Shown: positions 1 through 9,000 of the stretch, one piece after another | How positions within the stretch are numbered: the stretch's first letter is position 1 | How the letters are laid out: each line of letters begins with the position of its first letter | IMG/VR virus record: IMGVR_UViG_3300029288_000009 | Span: 62,001-83,186 of that record | Reading direction: 5' to 3' (one strand) | Origin: an uncultured virus (IMG/VR IMGVR_UViG_3300029288_000009) | Lineage: Duplodnaviria; Heunggongvirae; Uroviricota; Caudoviricetes | DNA: 21,186 nucleotides | The notes under the pieces: model-generated | What the model was told of the DNA's origin: nothing | Seen by the model: only the letters and a program-made list of their open reading frames with translations | The model's database searches: none | Translations under genes and position numbers: made by a program

Positions 1-1
1 G

Positions 2-103
2 ATAACAAAGACGGCGGGAAGTGGTATATCCGCCCGTGAGATTCCCGTGATACAAGTGGACTGCGAGTTCCTGGACTGGCAAGCAGAAGCCGGATCGACG
101 TGA
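2..103 (+). CDS. 3' end of a probable tail tube protein (partial; ...ITKTAGSGISAREIPVIQVDCEFLDWQAEAGST*)
   Basis: The frame is open from the window edge to TGA at 101-103, 6 nt before the next ATG. It lies immediately upstream of the chaperone/tape-measure genes, and the terminal beta-strand pattern (VIQVDCEFLDW) fits tube proteins. The call is mainly positional. Confidence 0.5.
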   Translation: MTKTAGSGISAREIPVIQVDCEFLDWQAEAGST

Positions 104-109
104 TAACCA

Positions 110-763
110 ATGCAGCGAATACCAGAAACACCTAAGAAGTTAGACACGTCAGCGCTTGACGCGGTGATGGCTCTCAAGAAAGAGGATATAGACCGCGCCA
201 CGAATAGGGAACCTTCCACGGTTATAGACGTGGATCTACGCCTACGAGAAGGCGCGAAGTACAAGGGAGATGAGATGGAGATAGACGGGGTGAAGATTTA
301 CATCCCCCAGTTAACTTTTCTCCAGCTCCGGAAGGCTAACCGGGAGGCCATGAAGTCCCTCGATGGAAAGCCGATAGGAAAGAAGGTGTTGCTTGCCATA
401 CGCTCGGAAGCGAAGCTGGACGAGAAGATAGACGACACGATAGAAGAAACAGTCCAGATCGCCGAGATGAGCGACATAGAAGATCTATGGCTCATGTTTT
501 ACTCCCTCGTGGAATCCAAGCATCCTAAGATCACCGGGGAATTTACAAAGGATAGGCCGTACTTGGAGCGCATTCGGAACGCCGAGGAGTTTATCACGGC
601 CATACGACGCTTTAACGGTCTCAGCGAAGAGGGGGTTAACGACATGAAATACTTTCGTGACCACGGACTACGGGGCGCAGCTAAAGATGGAACTGGTGCG
701 ACTCCAGCTACGCCAGTTCTCGGAGATGACGACGCTACGAAGCGCGATGCTAAGGTACTTTGA
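110..763 (+). CDS. Tail assembly chaperone (lambda G-like)
   Basis: Acidic/charged 217-aa ORF between tube-like and tape-measure-like genes. The 'EIDGVKIYIPQLTFLQLRK' strand-turn-helix pattern is typical of tail chaperones, and an overlapping alternative-frame ORF sits at its 3' end. Confidence 0.65.
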   Translation: MQRIPETPKKLDTSALDAVMALKKEDIDRATNREPSTVIDVDLRLREGAKYKGDEMEIDGVKIYIPQLTFLQLRKANREAMKSLDGKPIGKKVLLAIRSEAKLDEKIDDTIEETVQIAEMSDIEDLWLMFYSLVESKHPKITGEFTKDRPYLERIRNAEEFITAIRRFNGLSEEGVNDMKYFRDHGLRGAAKDGTGATPATPVLGDDDATKRDAKVL

Positions 764-806
764 TTTTGAAGAGATCAAGACCATTGGAGTTGAAGCGATG
801 TGGTGA
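654..806 (+). CDS. Unannotated +1-frame ORF, probable frameshift extension of the tail chaperone (T-like part of G-T): FVTTDYGAQLKMELVRLQLRQFSEMTTLRSAMLRYFDFEEIKTIGVEAMW*
   Basis: The +1 frame opens after TGA 645-647 and closes at TGA 804-806, overlapping GTG 803-805 of the next gene (GTGA coupling). The candidate shift site is TTT-CGT at 653-658. Confidence 0.6.
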   Translation, partial: FVTTDYGAQLKMELVRLQLRQFSEMTTLRSAMLRYFDFEEIKTIGVEAMW

Positions 807-1405
807 CGGTACGGGAACTCAAGGCTCGGTTATCACTCACCGACACGACGTTCACGATGGGGATGAGCAAGGCCGCTTCAGCTACGAATAGGCTCCAGCG
901 CAACCTTCAGAACGCCGCGACGAACCTCGTCACTTTTGAATCGACCTTGAAGGGAGTGGATCTCTCCGGGTTAAAAGGCTTGCTCGCATTCGGAACCAAG
1001 AAGCTTGCCATAAGTTTTTCTCTTGATTGGAAAGCGATGCGAGATGACATCAACGCGTTCATAGACGCGAACGGTGGTAAAGGAAGGTTAAAACCTTTCA
1101 AGGATCTCCAGCTAAACCTTGACTGGAAGTATCTCCGAGACCAGATAAACGACTTCGTGGATAAGAAAGGTGCTAAGGACAAGCGCATGAAGGAGTTCAA
1201 GGGGGTGGAGTTCGACGCTAGTTTGAAAGGTGGGTCTAATGAATCGCTTGAAGTTTTAAAGGCTATAGATGGAAAGTTAAACGCGCTGAACTCTATATTT
1301 AATAACATTTCAAATATCAACGCGTCTATAGAGCCAGCTACAGAAGCAATCGTGAAGGCAATCGAGAACAGCGGCGGTATCGCTTCTATACTCGGAGTGA
1401 AGTAA
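800..1405 (+). CDS. Very short tape-measure-like protein (start GTG 800 or 803)
   Basis: The N-terminus 'VRELKARLSLTDTTFTMGMSKAASATNRLQ' resembles canonical tape measure N-termini. The protein looks helical, has an internal 32-aa-period repeat, and follows the chaperone in the canonical position. Confidence 0.6.
   Translation: MVTVRELKARLSLTDTTFTMGMSKAASATNRLQRNLQNAATNLVTFESTLKGVDLSGLKGLLAFGTKKLAISFSLDWKAMRDDINAFIDANGGKGRLKPFKDLQLNLDWKYLRDQINDFVDKKGAKDKRMKEFKGVEFDASLKGGSNESLEVLKAIDGKLNALNSIFNNISNINASIEPATEAIVKAIENSGGIASILGVK
1022..1195 (+). repeat. Internal 96-nt (32-aa) period duplication in the tape-measure-like gene
   Basis: LDWKAMRDDINAFIDANG..RLKPFK starts at 1022 and LDWKYLRDQINDFVDKKG..RMKEFK starts at 1118. 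The DNA reads cttgattggaaa vs cttgactggaag. Confidence 0.85.
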
Positions 1406-1406
1406 A

Positions 1407-2519
1407 ATGGAAGCATTTCACAGCAGAGCAGATCACGTCATACTAAGATATGGGCCTTGGGTTGCATTCCCTTGGGTTACTCGTATCACGGAATCATTCG
1501 CGAATCAAACCATAGTGGAACCAAGCAACTGGGATGATTATAAATGGTTGGAATTTAGCGGTGGGAATGTTGCTGTAACAATTCACGGTTTCTTAAGAGG
1601 TAGCAATAGAAGACGTGATAAAGCGTGGTTAGAAGCGTTGAGAAACTTTCAAGCCTTCATAGCCAACATTCCAGCAGCGTTCAATGTCGGGACTGGCGGG
1701 GTAAAAATCGGCCTCGGCCAGATAGCTTTGTGGCTACTTGGTTTTTCATTCTATATACAAAGCGAAATGACGTTTCAATTTAACATGCTTATCAAGACAA
1801 TGGAGTTTGAACACTCTCCCCAGTATGGAGAAGAATATGCTTTTAACATCGTGTTCGAGAAGCTTTCTTTCGGTATAGTACAATTTGCTGTCGATTTGAT
1901 AACAAGCGGTGTCACCGGATTCTTTTTAGCAACGAATACTAAAAACAAGATAGGTACAGACATAGGGCAATCTGCTGACCAATTACTTGCCACAACGGCA
2001 ACAAATAACAGTGGTGCTGATAACCCTTTAGGAGATTGGGTGTCAAACGAAGAACTTCCAAGCCCTATATCAACGGAGATAGATATTGAAGGAAACTCTG
2101 TCGAATCTTTAGGAGAGGAACCGGGGCAGATAGTTCGCATCGTTACCGATGAGACGTTTGATAACAAGAACATCCCGCAACGAAACACGGTCATCGCGCA
2201 ACTCGATTCAACGCTTGAATGGCGTGAACTCCCGTTTCTTAGCACGTTCCCGCAATCATTTACCTTCGCACTTGGTAGTTATAACTACGGGATAACTCTA
2301 CGCGTCTACGACTACCAGGATGACGACGAGGTGATTCACTATGATTTGTGGATGAACTTGACACGTGACGGCGAGGACGTGTACCTCGGAAAGGTTCAAA
2401 GTAATATGCAGTACAATCTCGGAACCATCGCGATCTACATCTCGAACTTCAAGATGGAAACCACCCGTGACGCCTACACGATGAGTTTCATAGAGGGGAT
2501 GGTGTCAGACCTTGGTTGA
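1407..2519 (+). CDS. Baseplate tube-initiator/Dit-like protein, probably fused to a C-terminal baseplate plug-like domain
   Basis: It follows the tape measure gene and has an N-terminal tube-like beta pattern (ITESF..TIVEP, VAVTIHGFL, MLIKTMEFEH, YAFNIVFEKL). After an acidic linker, the C-terminal 'ELPFLSTFPQSFTFALGSYNYGITLR...LWMNL' resembles small plug proteins found upstream of hubs. Confidence 0.5.
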   Translation: MEAFHSRADHVILRYGPWVAFPWVTRITESFANQTIVEPSNWDDYKWLEFSGGNVAVTIHGFLRGSNRRRDKAWLEALRNFQAFIANIPAAFNVGTGGVKIGLGQIALWLLGFSFYIQSEMTFQFNMLIKTMEFEHSPQYGEEYAFNIVFEKLSFGIVQFAVDLITSGVTGFFLATNTKNKIGTDIGQSADQLLATTATNNSGADNPLGDWVSNEELPSPISTEIDIEGNSVESLGEEPGQIVRIVTDETFDNKNIPQRNTVIAQLDSTLEWRELPFLSTFPQSFTFALGSYNYGITLRVYDYQDDDEVIHYDLWMNLTRDGEDVYLGKVQSNMQYNLGTIAIYISNFKMETTRDAYTMSFIEGMVSDLG

Positions 2520-3783
2520 CCTCACGATTGAGGTGGATGGAAAGCCATTCTCGACCTCGTGCGATTCAATATCTATTTCTTCTTCTTACATCATCGGTAA
2601 TAGATACGGGTCGTCAATATCTATCGTCAATGCTGATTCAGCGATCATATCCGCCATGAACACGGATGGCGTTGTCAAAGTATTCGCTAAAGCAACTTCA
2701 TCGAACATTCTCATAGCAACTGGAATCGTATCCTACGTGGATACCACGAGAACGAAGTCCAACAGATCCACGACGATAAACCTTGACGACGAGACGTTCA
2801 GCCAGTTAGATAATGATATATTCTCCGGGGAACTACGCGGCGAGATGTCCGCGGTTCTTGGTAGGATAACTGGAATGAACGTGCTGAACTTCTACGGGAG
2901 CATCGATGTTCGTGAGATGGTTAACGACTCGTATCTGATCGATGTTATTAGAAAACTATCGAACGATAACGAGCTGGCGTGGAACATATCGAACGGGGAG
3001 ATATTCATTGGAACCACGTTATCCCGTAGGCAACACGTCCTACCAGTGAGCGTCCAGACTGACCGCGGCTTCTTCAAGGTGGACGGCGTTCTCCACAAGA
3101 AAACCGACGTGTCGTTATCCTATAACCCGGAGATACGCTGCGGGGATAGGGTGGTGATAAGCAAGGCGATATACACTGTGGTAGGAGCGGCACACGTGTT
3201 CTCGGTTGACAAGAGAAGTTTCGTGAGCGCTACGTATCTTTCCGTTGTGGATGATATCGCTCTAGCGTTCCAATACGCTAAGAATAAAGATGGAAAGAGT
3301 ATCACGAATGATGTTATAAACGTGGAGAGTGTCAAGCAGAAATACGACTCAATAACAAACGTCGTGTATTACTACGATAACGTGCGCGAAGCATATCTCG
3401 GAGATCTTGAATCGTTATCGTTTTCAGATTCAGCCGGGCTTGCCGCGCATGGTGGAGGGGCGGCGGTTTACACGTATATGTTTCACGATTCCAGGCAGAC
3501 CACGATATCTATATCACCGTTCATTCCATATCCAATAACGATAACGAACTTCTCGTTTAACATCGCGACAATCGACGGTGGTTATTTCGAGATACTAAGA
3601 AACGGCATCCTTCTATGGAGCATACGGGCGAATACCGGCGGCGTTTCAAACGGGTTTGATATTGCTATCCCGGCGGATTCCGGGGTGTTCACGGTTCGAT
3701 ACGCGGCGAGGGATGCTAGCGCCACTGGGATAGCAAGAGCATTCGTTTCTTTCCGGTATAGGCGCGTGATGGATCAAAAGTAA
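2512..3783 (+). CDS. Baseplate hub protein (T4 gp27/Mu gp44-like) with C-terminal extension
   Basis: Hub-like motifs: 'SISIVN', 'LIATGIVSYV', 'IRKLSNDNELAWNISNGEIFI', 'YNPEIRCGDRVVI...YTVVGAAHVF'. Synteny agrees. The TTG start overlaps the upstream stop. Confidence 0.65.
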   Translation: MVDLTIEVDGKPFSTSCDSISISSSYIIGNRYGSSISIVNADSAIISAMNTDGVVKVFAKATSSNILIATGIVSYVDTTRTKSNRSTTINLDDETFSQLDNDIFSGELRGEMSAVLGRITGMNVLNFYGSIDVREMVNDSYLIDVIRKLSNDNELAWNISNGEIFIGTTLSRRQHVLPVSVQTDRGFFKVDGVLHKKTDVSLSYNPEIRCGDRVVISKAIYTVVGAAHVFSVDKRSFVSATYLSVVDDIALAFQYAKNKDGKSITNDVINVESVKQKYDSITNVVYYYDNVREAYLGDLESLSFSDSAGLAAHGGGAAVYTYMFHDSRQTTISISPFIPYPITITNFSFNIATIDGGYFEILRNGILLWSIRANTGGVSNGFDIAIPADSGVFTVRYAARDASATGIARAFVSFRYRRVMDQK

Positions 3784-3811
3784 TATAAACACAAACGCGG
3801 TAATATAACCA
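3781..3811 (+). promoter_or_regulatory. Possible archaeal TATA promoter for a leaderless transcript
   Basis: TATAAA at 3784-3789 lies ~23-28 nt upstream of ATG 3812 and is preceded by purine-rich CAAAAG. GTAATATAA occurs twice in this short intergenic gap. Confidence 0.4.
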
Positions 3812-4231
3812 ATGACTCAAACCTTCAAGTTAACTAACGGCGGTATAACCTTCGGCGCAGACCACCGTATAGAGATGGTTGGAGATGCGAACCAACTCTC
3901 GCTTGAAGAAGTAAGGCAGCGTACAGAAATTCGTTTCACCACTCAAACACGCACGAACTTGATGCACCCAAACGAGGGATTCGATTTCTGGTCACTGCTT
4001 AACGTTAAGAAAGATCCGGAGAACGCCTACCCCATAAAGATAGACCAGTTGATAAAACAAGAAGTTCTCGCGACCCTCGCACAAGATAACATGATAGATT
4101 ACCATAACTCGGAGATCCTTGTATCACCTTCCGAGACTGACAATCGCGGGTGGGTAGTGCGCGTGAACTACACGGTCAAGGGTAATTCCACCAAGCAACT
4201 CGAATACATCGGAGGCTTGAACACGCTATGA
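3812..4231 (+). CDS. Baseplate wedge/sheath initiator (gp25/Mu gp46/DUF2634-like)
   Basis: 139 aa with 'EEVRQRTEIRFTTQ...LMHPNEGFDFWSLL...IKQEVLATLAQDNMI', matching the family pattern. It lies directly upstream of baseplate J. Confidence 0.75.
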   Translation: MTQTFKLTNGGITFGADHRIEMVGDANQLSLEEVRQRTEIRFTTQTRTNLMHPNEGFDFWSLLNVKKDPENAYPIKIDQLIKQEVLATLAQDNMIDYHNSEILVSPSETDNRGWVVRVNYTVKGNSTKQLEYIGGLNTL

Positions 4232-6096
4232 GCACGGAAAACTACGGGATGTTGCGGCAAGGGTTTAGGGCTAAGAACCTCGCGAAGATCGTACAAGAGA
4301 ACCGCGTGTTGCTCAAGGAATACTTCGGGGCAGACGTGGATGTTACCGGCATGAACCCGCTTGTTAAGTTTGACGAGGTGGAGTCCCGTGGCGTGGAGCG
4401 AGCGTGGGTAGAGCTTGGAAACTTGTTTAACTCCGGGAATATCAAGGATGCTGAAGGCCAGTTCTTGGACGACCTCGCGCTGTCGATGGGGAAGGAGCGG
4501 AAGCTCGCCGCGAATGCTACGACAAGGTTAACCGTTCTTAAAACATCCGGGTCTTCTGATATAACCATACCCGCTGGGTTCCGCGTGGATAACCAGTCAT
4601 CATCTTCGCTGAAAGAGTTTGAAGTGGACGAGGACACGTTGCTCCCTGGCGTGTTCGTGATAAAGAAAGGAGTCGCTGCTGGTATAGATAGCATAAACGG
4701 GTATCCTGGATTTACAGACTTCTTTAATATACTCACGACTGGAGTAGAATGGGTTTCGCCTAACAAGGATGGTTCTACACCTTGGACTGGTGGAGCTGTG
4801 GACTACGCTCTCGTGGTTGCTGGAACGTACACGACTGGTATAAACTGGGCTGCTGCTGGATTGGAACCAGCGACCGATTCTATCTACTACGTGAAGGTGG
4901 GAAGCTACAGCGCCTACGTGGATGTCACCGCAGTTCTCGCCGGGTCGTTATCGAACGCCCAGATCAACGAGATACACCACCAGCAAAATCCACTCTATGC
5001 GATAGCGAAGGTCACGAACGAGTCTACCATACGGAACGGGCGAGACCTTGAATCAGACACGGAACTACGCCGCCGTCTTCTACAAGCATCCTACCTCTTG
5101 GATAACGACGAGCAGATGACCGCGTGGCTCCAGCAGCTCCACAAGGTAACGTCGGCAAAGGTAATAACGGATCTCTACCAGGACTACCGCGGCCACTTCC
5201 GGTCTCTTGTACACCCTCTCGATGAGAACGACCTCGTGAGCGTGTATAACGAATGCTTGCTTGAAACTGAAACGAGAAAGGCGGCCGGGACTAGTTCGGT
5301 TGCTATAATTAGGATGGTGAAGGGTGGAGCAGCAGCGGTAACCGACGTGTTCCCGTCCCCATACAGACAGACTGCTGGAGTGTCCGGCGTGTGGAGGATA
5401 GACTGGGTTAACTCCCGATACGATGGAACCGGAACGGCGTATGTCGCTGGCACACATTACAACGCTTATACACCGTACATGGATCAGATAGAGTGGATCG
5501 CTGCTGGTCCCGGCGCTGCTCAATACTTCGTGAAGCTCGTGAAGGCAGTGGAGATAGCAGAGACCTTCCCGCTAAGGATAGCAGCGAAGTTATACTTGAA
5601 ACAAGGCTACGACTTATCCACGGTGTCAGCAGAGTTATTCTCTGAACTAAACTCGCATATCAAGACCATAGGAGTAAACGGGATACTCTACATGGCAGAC
5701 GTGTTTAGGATAATCACGGCGCACGAGGGGGTGAAGTATGCGGACGGGTTGTACATGACGCTGACGTGTAGAATTTACAGAGGGCCAGTTGCGGATACCG
5801 CCGACATTATTCCCATCAATGGAAGTGGTAGATATGACGACACTTCCGCAACTGTTTTAGATATCGTGTGGGCGTCGTTAAGTAAATTAGGGACAACTCC
5901 ATACACACGAAGTGTTGATTATCTTTGGTTACCAAGCACGGTACAAGGTGTCAGACGTATTGATTGGAGTCCTGGCGCTCCAGGTCCAGAACCTCCAGTG
6001 AATAATCCATATTGGGTAAAGTGCTACGTGAAAGCTGATATAACTTCTCCGATAGATTGTCTTGTAGTTCTCGATGGATGTGATTTCACGATATGA
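4228..6096 (+). CDS. Baseplate J/gp47-family wedge protein with three inserted repeats
   Basis: Hallmark motifs 'YGMLRQGF', 'AEGQFLDDLA...RKLA', 'ITIPAG', 'VDVTAVLAG', 'NGRDLESDTELRRRL', 'IGVNGILY'. Confidence 0.9.
   Translation: MSTENYGMLRQGFRAKNLAKIVQENRVLLKEYFGADVDVTGMNPLVKFDEVESRGVERAWVELGNLFNSGNIKDAEGQFLDDLALSMGKERKLAANATTRLTVLKTSGSSDITIPAGFRVDNQSSSSLKEFEVDEDTLLPGVFVIKKGVAAGIDSINGYPGFTDFFNILTTGVEWVSPNKDGSTPWTGGAVDYALVVAGTYTTGINWAAAGLEPATDSIYYVKVGSYSAYVDVTAVLAGSLSNAQINEIHHQQNPLYAIAKVTNESTIRNGRDLESDTELRRRLLQASYLLDNDEQMTAWLQQLHKVTSAKVITDLYQDYRGHFRSLVHPLDENDLVSVYNECLLETETRKAAGTSSVAIIRMVKGGAAAVTDVFPSPYRQTAGVSGVWRIDWVNSRYDGTGTAYVAGTHYNAYTPYMDQIEWIAAGPGAAQYFVKLVKAVEIAETFPLRIAAKLYLKQGYDLSTVSAELFSELNSHIKTIGVNGILYMADVFRIITAHEGVKYADGLYMTLTCRIYRGPVADTADIIPINGSGRYDDTSATVLDIVWASLSKLGTTPYTRSVDYLWLPSTVQGVRRIDWSPGAPGPEPPVNNPYWVKCYVKADITSPIDCLVVLDGCDFTI
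4660..6024 (+). repeat. Three ~75-85-aa homologous insertions in baseplate J (approx. 4660-4899, 5314-5538, 5773-6024)
   Basis: Shared pattern (K/R)G....D...(V/I).W......G...(Y/W)....(D/H)Y....I.W...G.(E)P....Y(Y/F/W)VK. Confidence 0.8.
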
Positions 6097-9000
6097 TCGA
6101 TGAATTAATTTCATACATTCCAGAGTCTTCATATTCTGACAAGAAGATGCTCAAGCTTTACAGCGGGCTAGCGAAGAATGGAATCATTATCTCGAACTCG
6201 GATATAGAAGCAACCACGACTCCAGATCAATCGCCTCTTATCGTGAAATCTGAAACTCCAGGAAACAAGAACCACAAAGTCGTCGTTACGAGGCTAAGAG
6301 ATGATGATGGTGTTTACAAGGTTCAATCGGCACACGTCATCCCGTTTAACAAGAAAGGTTCTGTATCACCTCTGACTTTATCCAGTGTCGATATAGAAGA
6401 TTCCTTCGTTAGCACAGGATACGATAGATTCGCGAGGTTCGGTGAGAAACAGTCGTGCGATACGTTTGTAGATTGCATCGATGATTTAACCGGGATATTC
6501 CCGTCGAGCTTCTTGAATATACTTCCAAGGGGAAGCGTGATGCGGGCATACGATGGATATAGTTACAGATCGTTATGCTATTACATCGACACGTTTTTGG
6601 AATCGTCTCCTGGTGTTTACTTCGGAAGTGAAAACAATGCTGGAGGGCTACTTGGATTCCCTCTCGATGGAAAAACATCTTTTCAGTTGGTGAAACAAGG
6701 AATAGACGCTGTTTTCTCCATTTCTGAAGGAACGAGGATAACAAGTGGGTTATACCGCAACGATAAATCCGGGTTGCTTAAGAAGTCTGCATCAGCAACG
6801 GATTGGGAGTCAGACGCTTCTTTAGATCTTATAACGAAGTGGAATAACCATCTTGAAAGCATCGAGTCTGACCCAAGTGGAAACGATGGATTTGAGATTG
6901 AGATTCACGACGGAAAGAAAGGGTGGTGTAGCTTTTGGTTGGATCTTGCCGGGTTAGAACACGTAGAGCAGAACCACGTCGTAGAAAATTTTGAAATTTA
7001 TGCGGTAGGAAACGATCCTAGTGTTATCGATCCGGGACATTGGACGAAATGGATAACTGGGGCATCTACATTTACGGTTCAAGTTGTTGGAGGATCGCAG
7101 ATGGGAGATATGTTTGCTCCTTTAGGAGGATGGGATATACAAACATTATACACCTTCGATAATTCATCGCCAACCATATTTCCGTTTACTATAGAGTTTA
7201 AAGCTGGTGTCAGCACGGTGGATTTAGTTATTCGATCTATTTTCATTTATGGGGTGGGAGGTACAACATCGAGCCTAATAAGATTTTTCAGTACAATGGA
7301 TCTTGGCCATTCGTTACAAGCATCTCTTGGATACGTAGCTGGAACGATATACAACTTCAAGGTTGTTATATTGAATCAATCTTATTTCGATATTTACATA
7401 AACGGTGTTTTATTCAATTTTAGCGGAGTTCACTACACTATAAATCCAGCATTTGTATTCCCGATAACCGGATTGTATATGTCTGCTATAAGCGCTGCCA
7501 ATAACCAACATCTTTATATGGATGTCATCGCGCCGAGTTGGATTATATCATCCGGTCAAACTTCCTGGCTCGAACTCTCTGAGACACGCGACTTCCTCCC
7601 AGACGCGACGGCGAACATCTACTTCCATAATGACGAGATCTATAACGAGGGAAACACACTATATCGAAACATCAACTTCAAGAAACTCCACCGCGTCACA
7701 CTCTCGTGGGACTACACCGTTGCATCCCCGTGGAACACGTTCCGTCTTGACGATCTCGACCCGAAGGAATTCACGTGGGATGACGGTGGTTCAGCTCTTG
7801 TTAACGGCTTCGCGATAAACGCGATTCGCATAGCGGCGAACTACGTGCCGGTCAGAGTCCACGGCTTCTGTCAATCCGGCGACTACTTCCCCTTCGTCCA
7901 CGCAGAGTCTAACAAGCAGAACTACTTGCCCTTCAACTTGGACTTGCTGGAGAAGGTGACCGGGATACTCGGCCCTAACCGGCGGGACACGGAAGGTTTT
8001 AAGAATCTACGGGCAACGCAACCAATAACCGTGGACATGAGCTGCTACACGATAGGAAACATTGCTGGTCAAGGGTCGTGGGTTGCGAACGCTGGTGATG
8101 ACCGGAACGGAACTACTGAAATACACGACATTGTAGAATGTGGTGACACGGACGCTTTTTTCGCGTTGAAAGGATTGCAGCCGTATGGGTACGAAGGTTT
8201 CAACACGTATATTGATGGAAGTAAGATACGTGACGTGAACGGCTGGAACGCATGGGTTGAACATGCTTTATGTACTTTTGTTAAAGATTCCGGAAAGGCG
8301 CGGTTAGTCAAGACTGGTGATACGGGAGGTGCTATCACGAAAACAATGACATTTAGCACACCGTGTTCGGCAGCCGGTTGGTATGAGTTTAAACTTTCAT
8401 TAAATTCGATTAGTGTTGCTGACCAACAATTCCGGTTCTATAGTGGTGGTAGTCTTATCCATTATATGCGTATTTCGAGTCTTGGTATTTTCGCGTGTTA
8501 TGACAATCTTACAAGTCGAAACATCATTACGCCGATGATTGCGTCTACGGAATACACCATTCGTATCGTGTTCGGAGACAACGCGACATATCATCTTGAT
8601 GTCACGCCAATTGGTGGAAATGTTACGAGATTTCCACCAATTGGCGAATACACGAACTATAATGGTGGTACCGGATTTGTATCGTCGTTTGTTATAAACA
8701 GCCTTCAAACAACCGTTGTTGATTTCACGATTGACGATATCATCACGTCTTGGAACACTCTCGGCCCCGACATCCTCGCAACAACCCCGGTCGGGAAGGG
8801 GCGTGTGCTGAAAATATATGACAACAACGCTGGTCTAAACTTGGATTTTCAGAAGACAATTCTCGAAACAAAAGCGCCGAATGGTAGGATCTCTTTCGAG
8901 TGCTGGCCGGTTACTGGTGCTGGCGGGACGTTCTTACAATTCACGTTAAAAGAGGATGCTAACATCCGGATACAATTCTACATAAACTTGACGACCGGTG

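Noticed and set aside
625..690. Classical -1 slippery site (GAGGGGGTT) for the tail chaperone
   Set aside because: It is not an XXXYYYZ heptamer, and the -1 frame hits TAA at 637 and further stops at 658 and 682.
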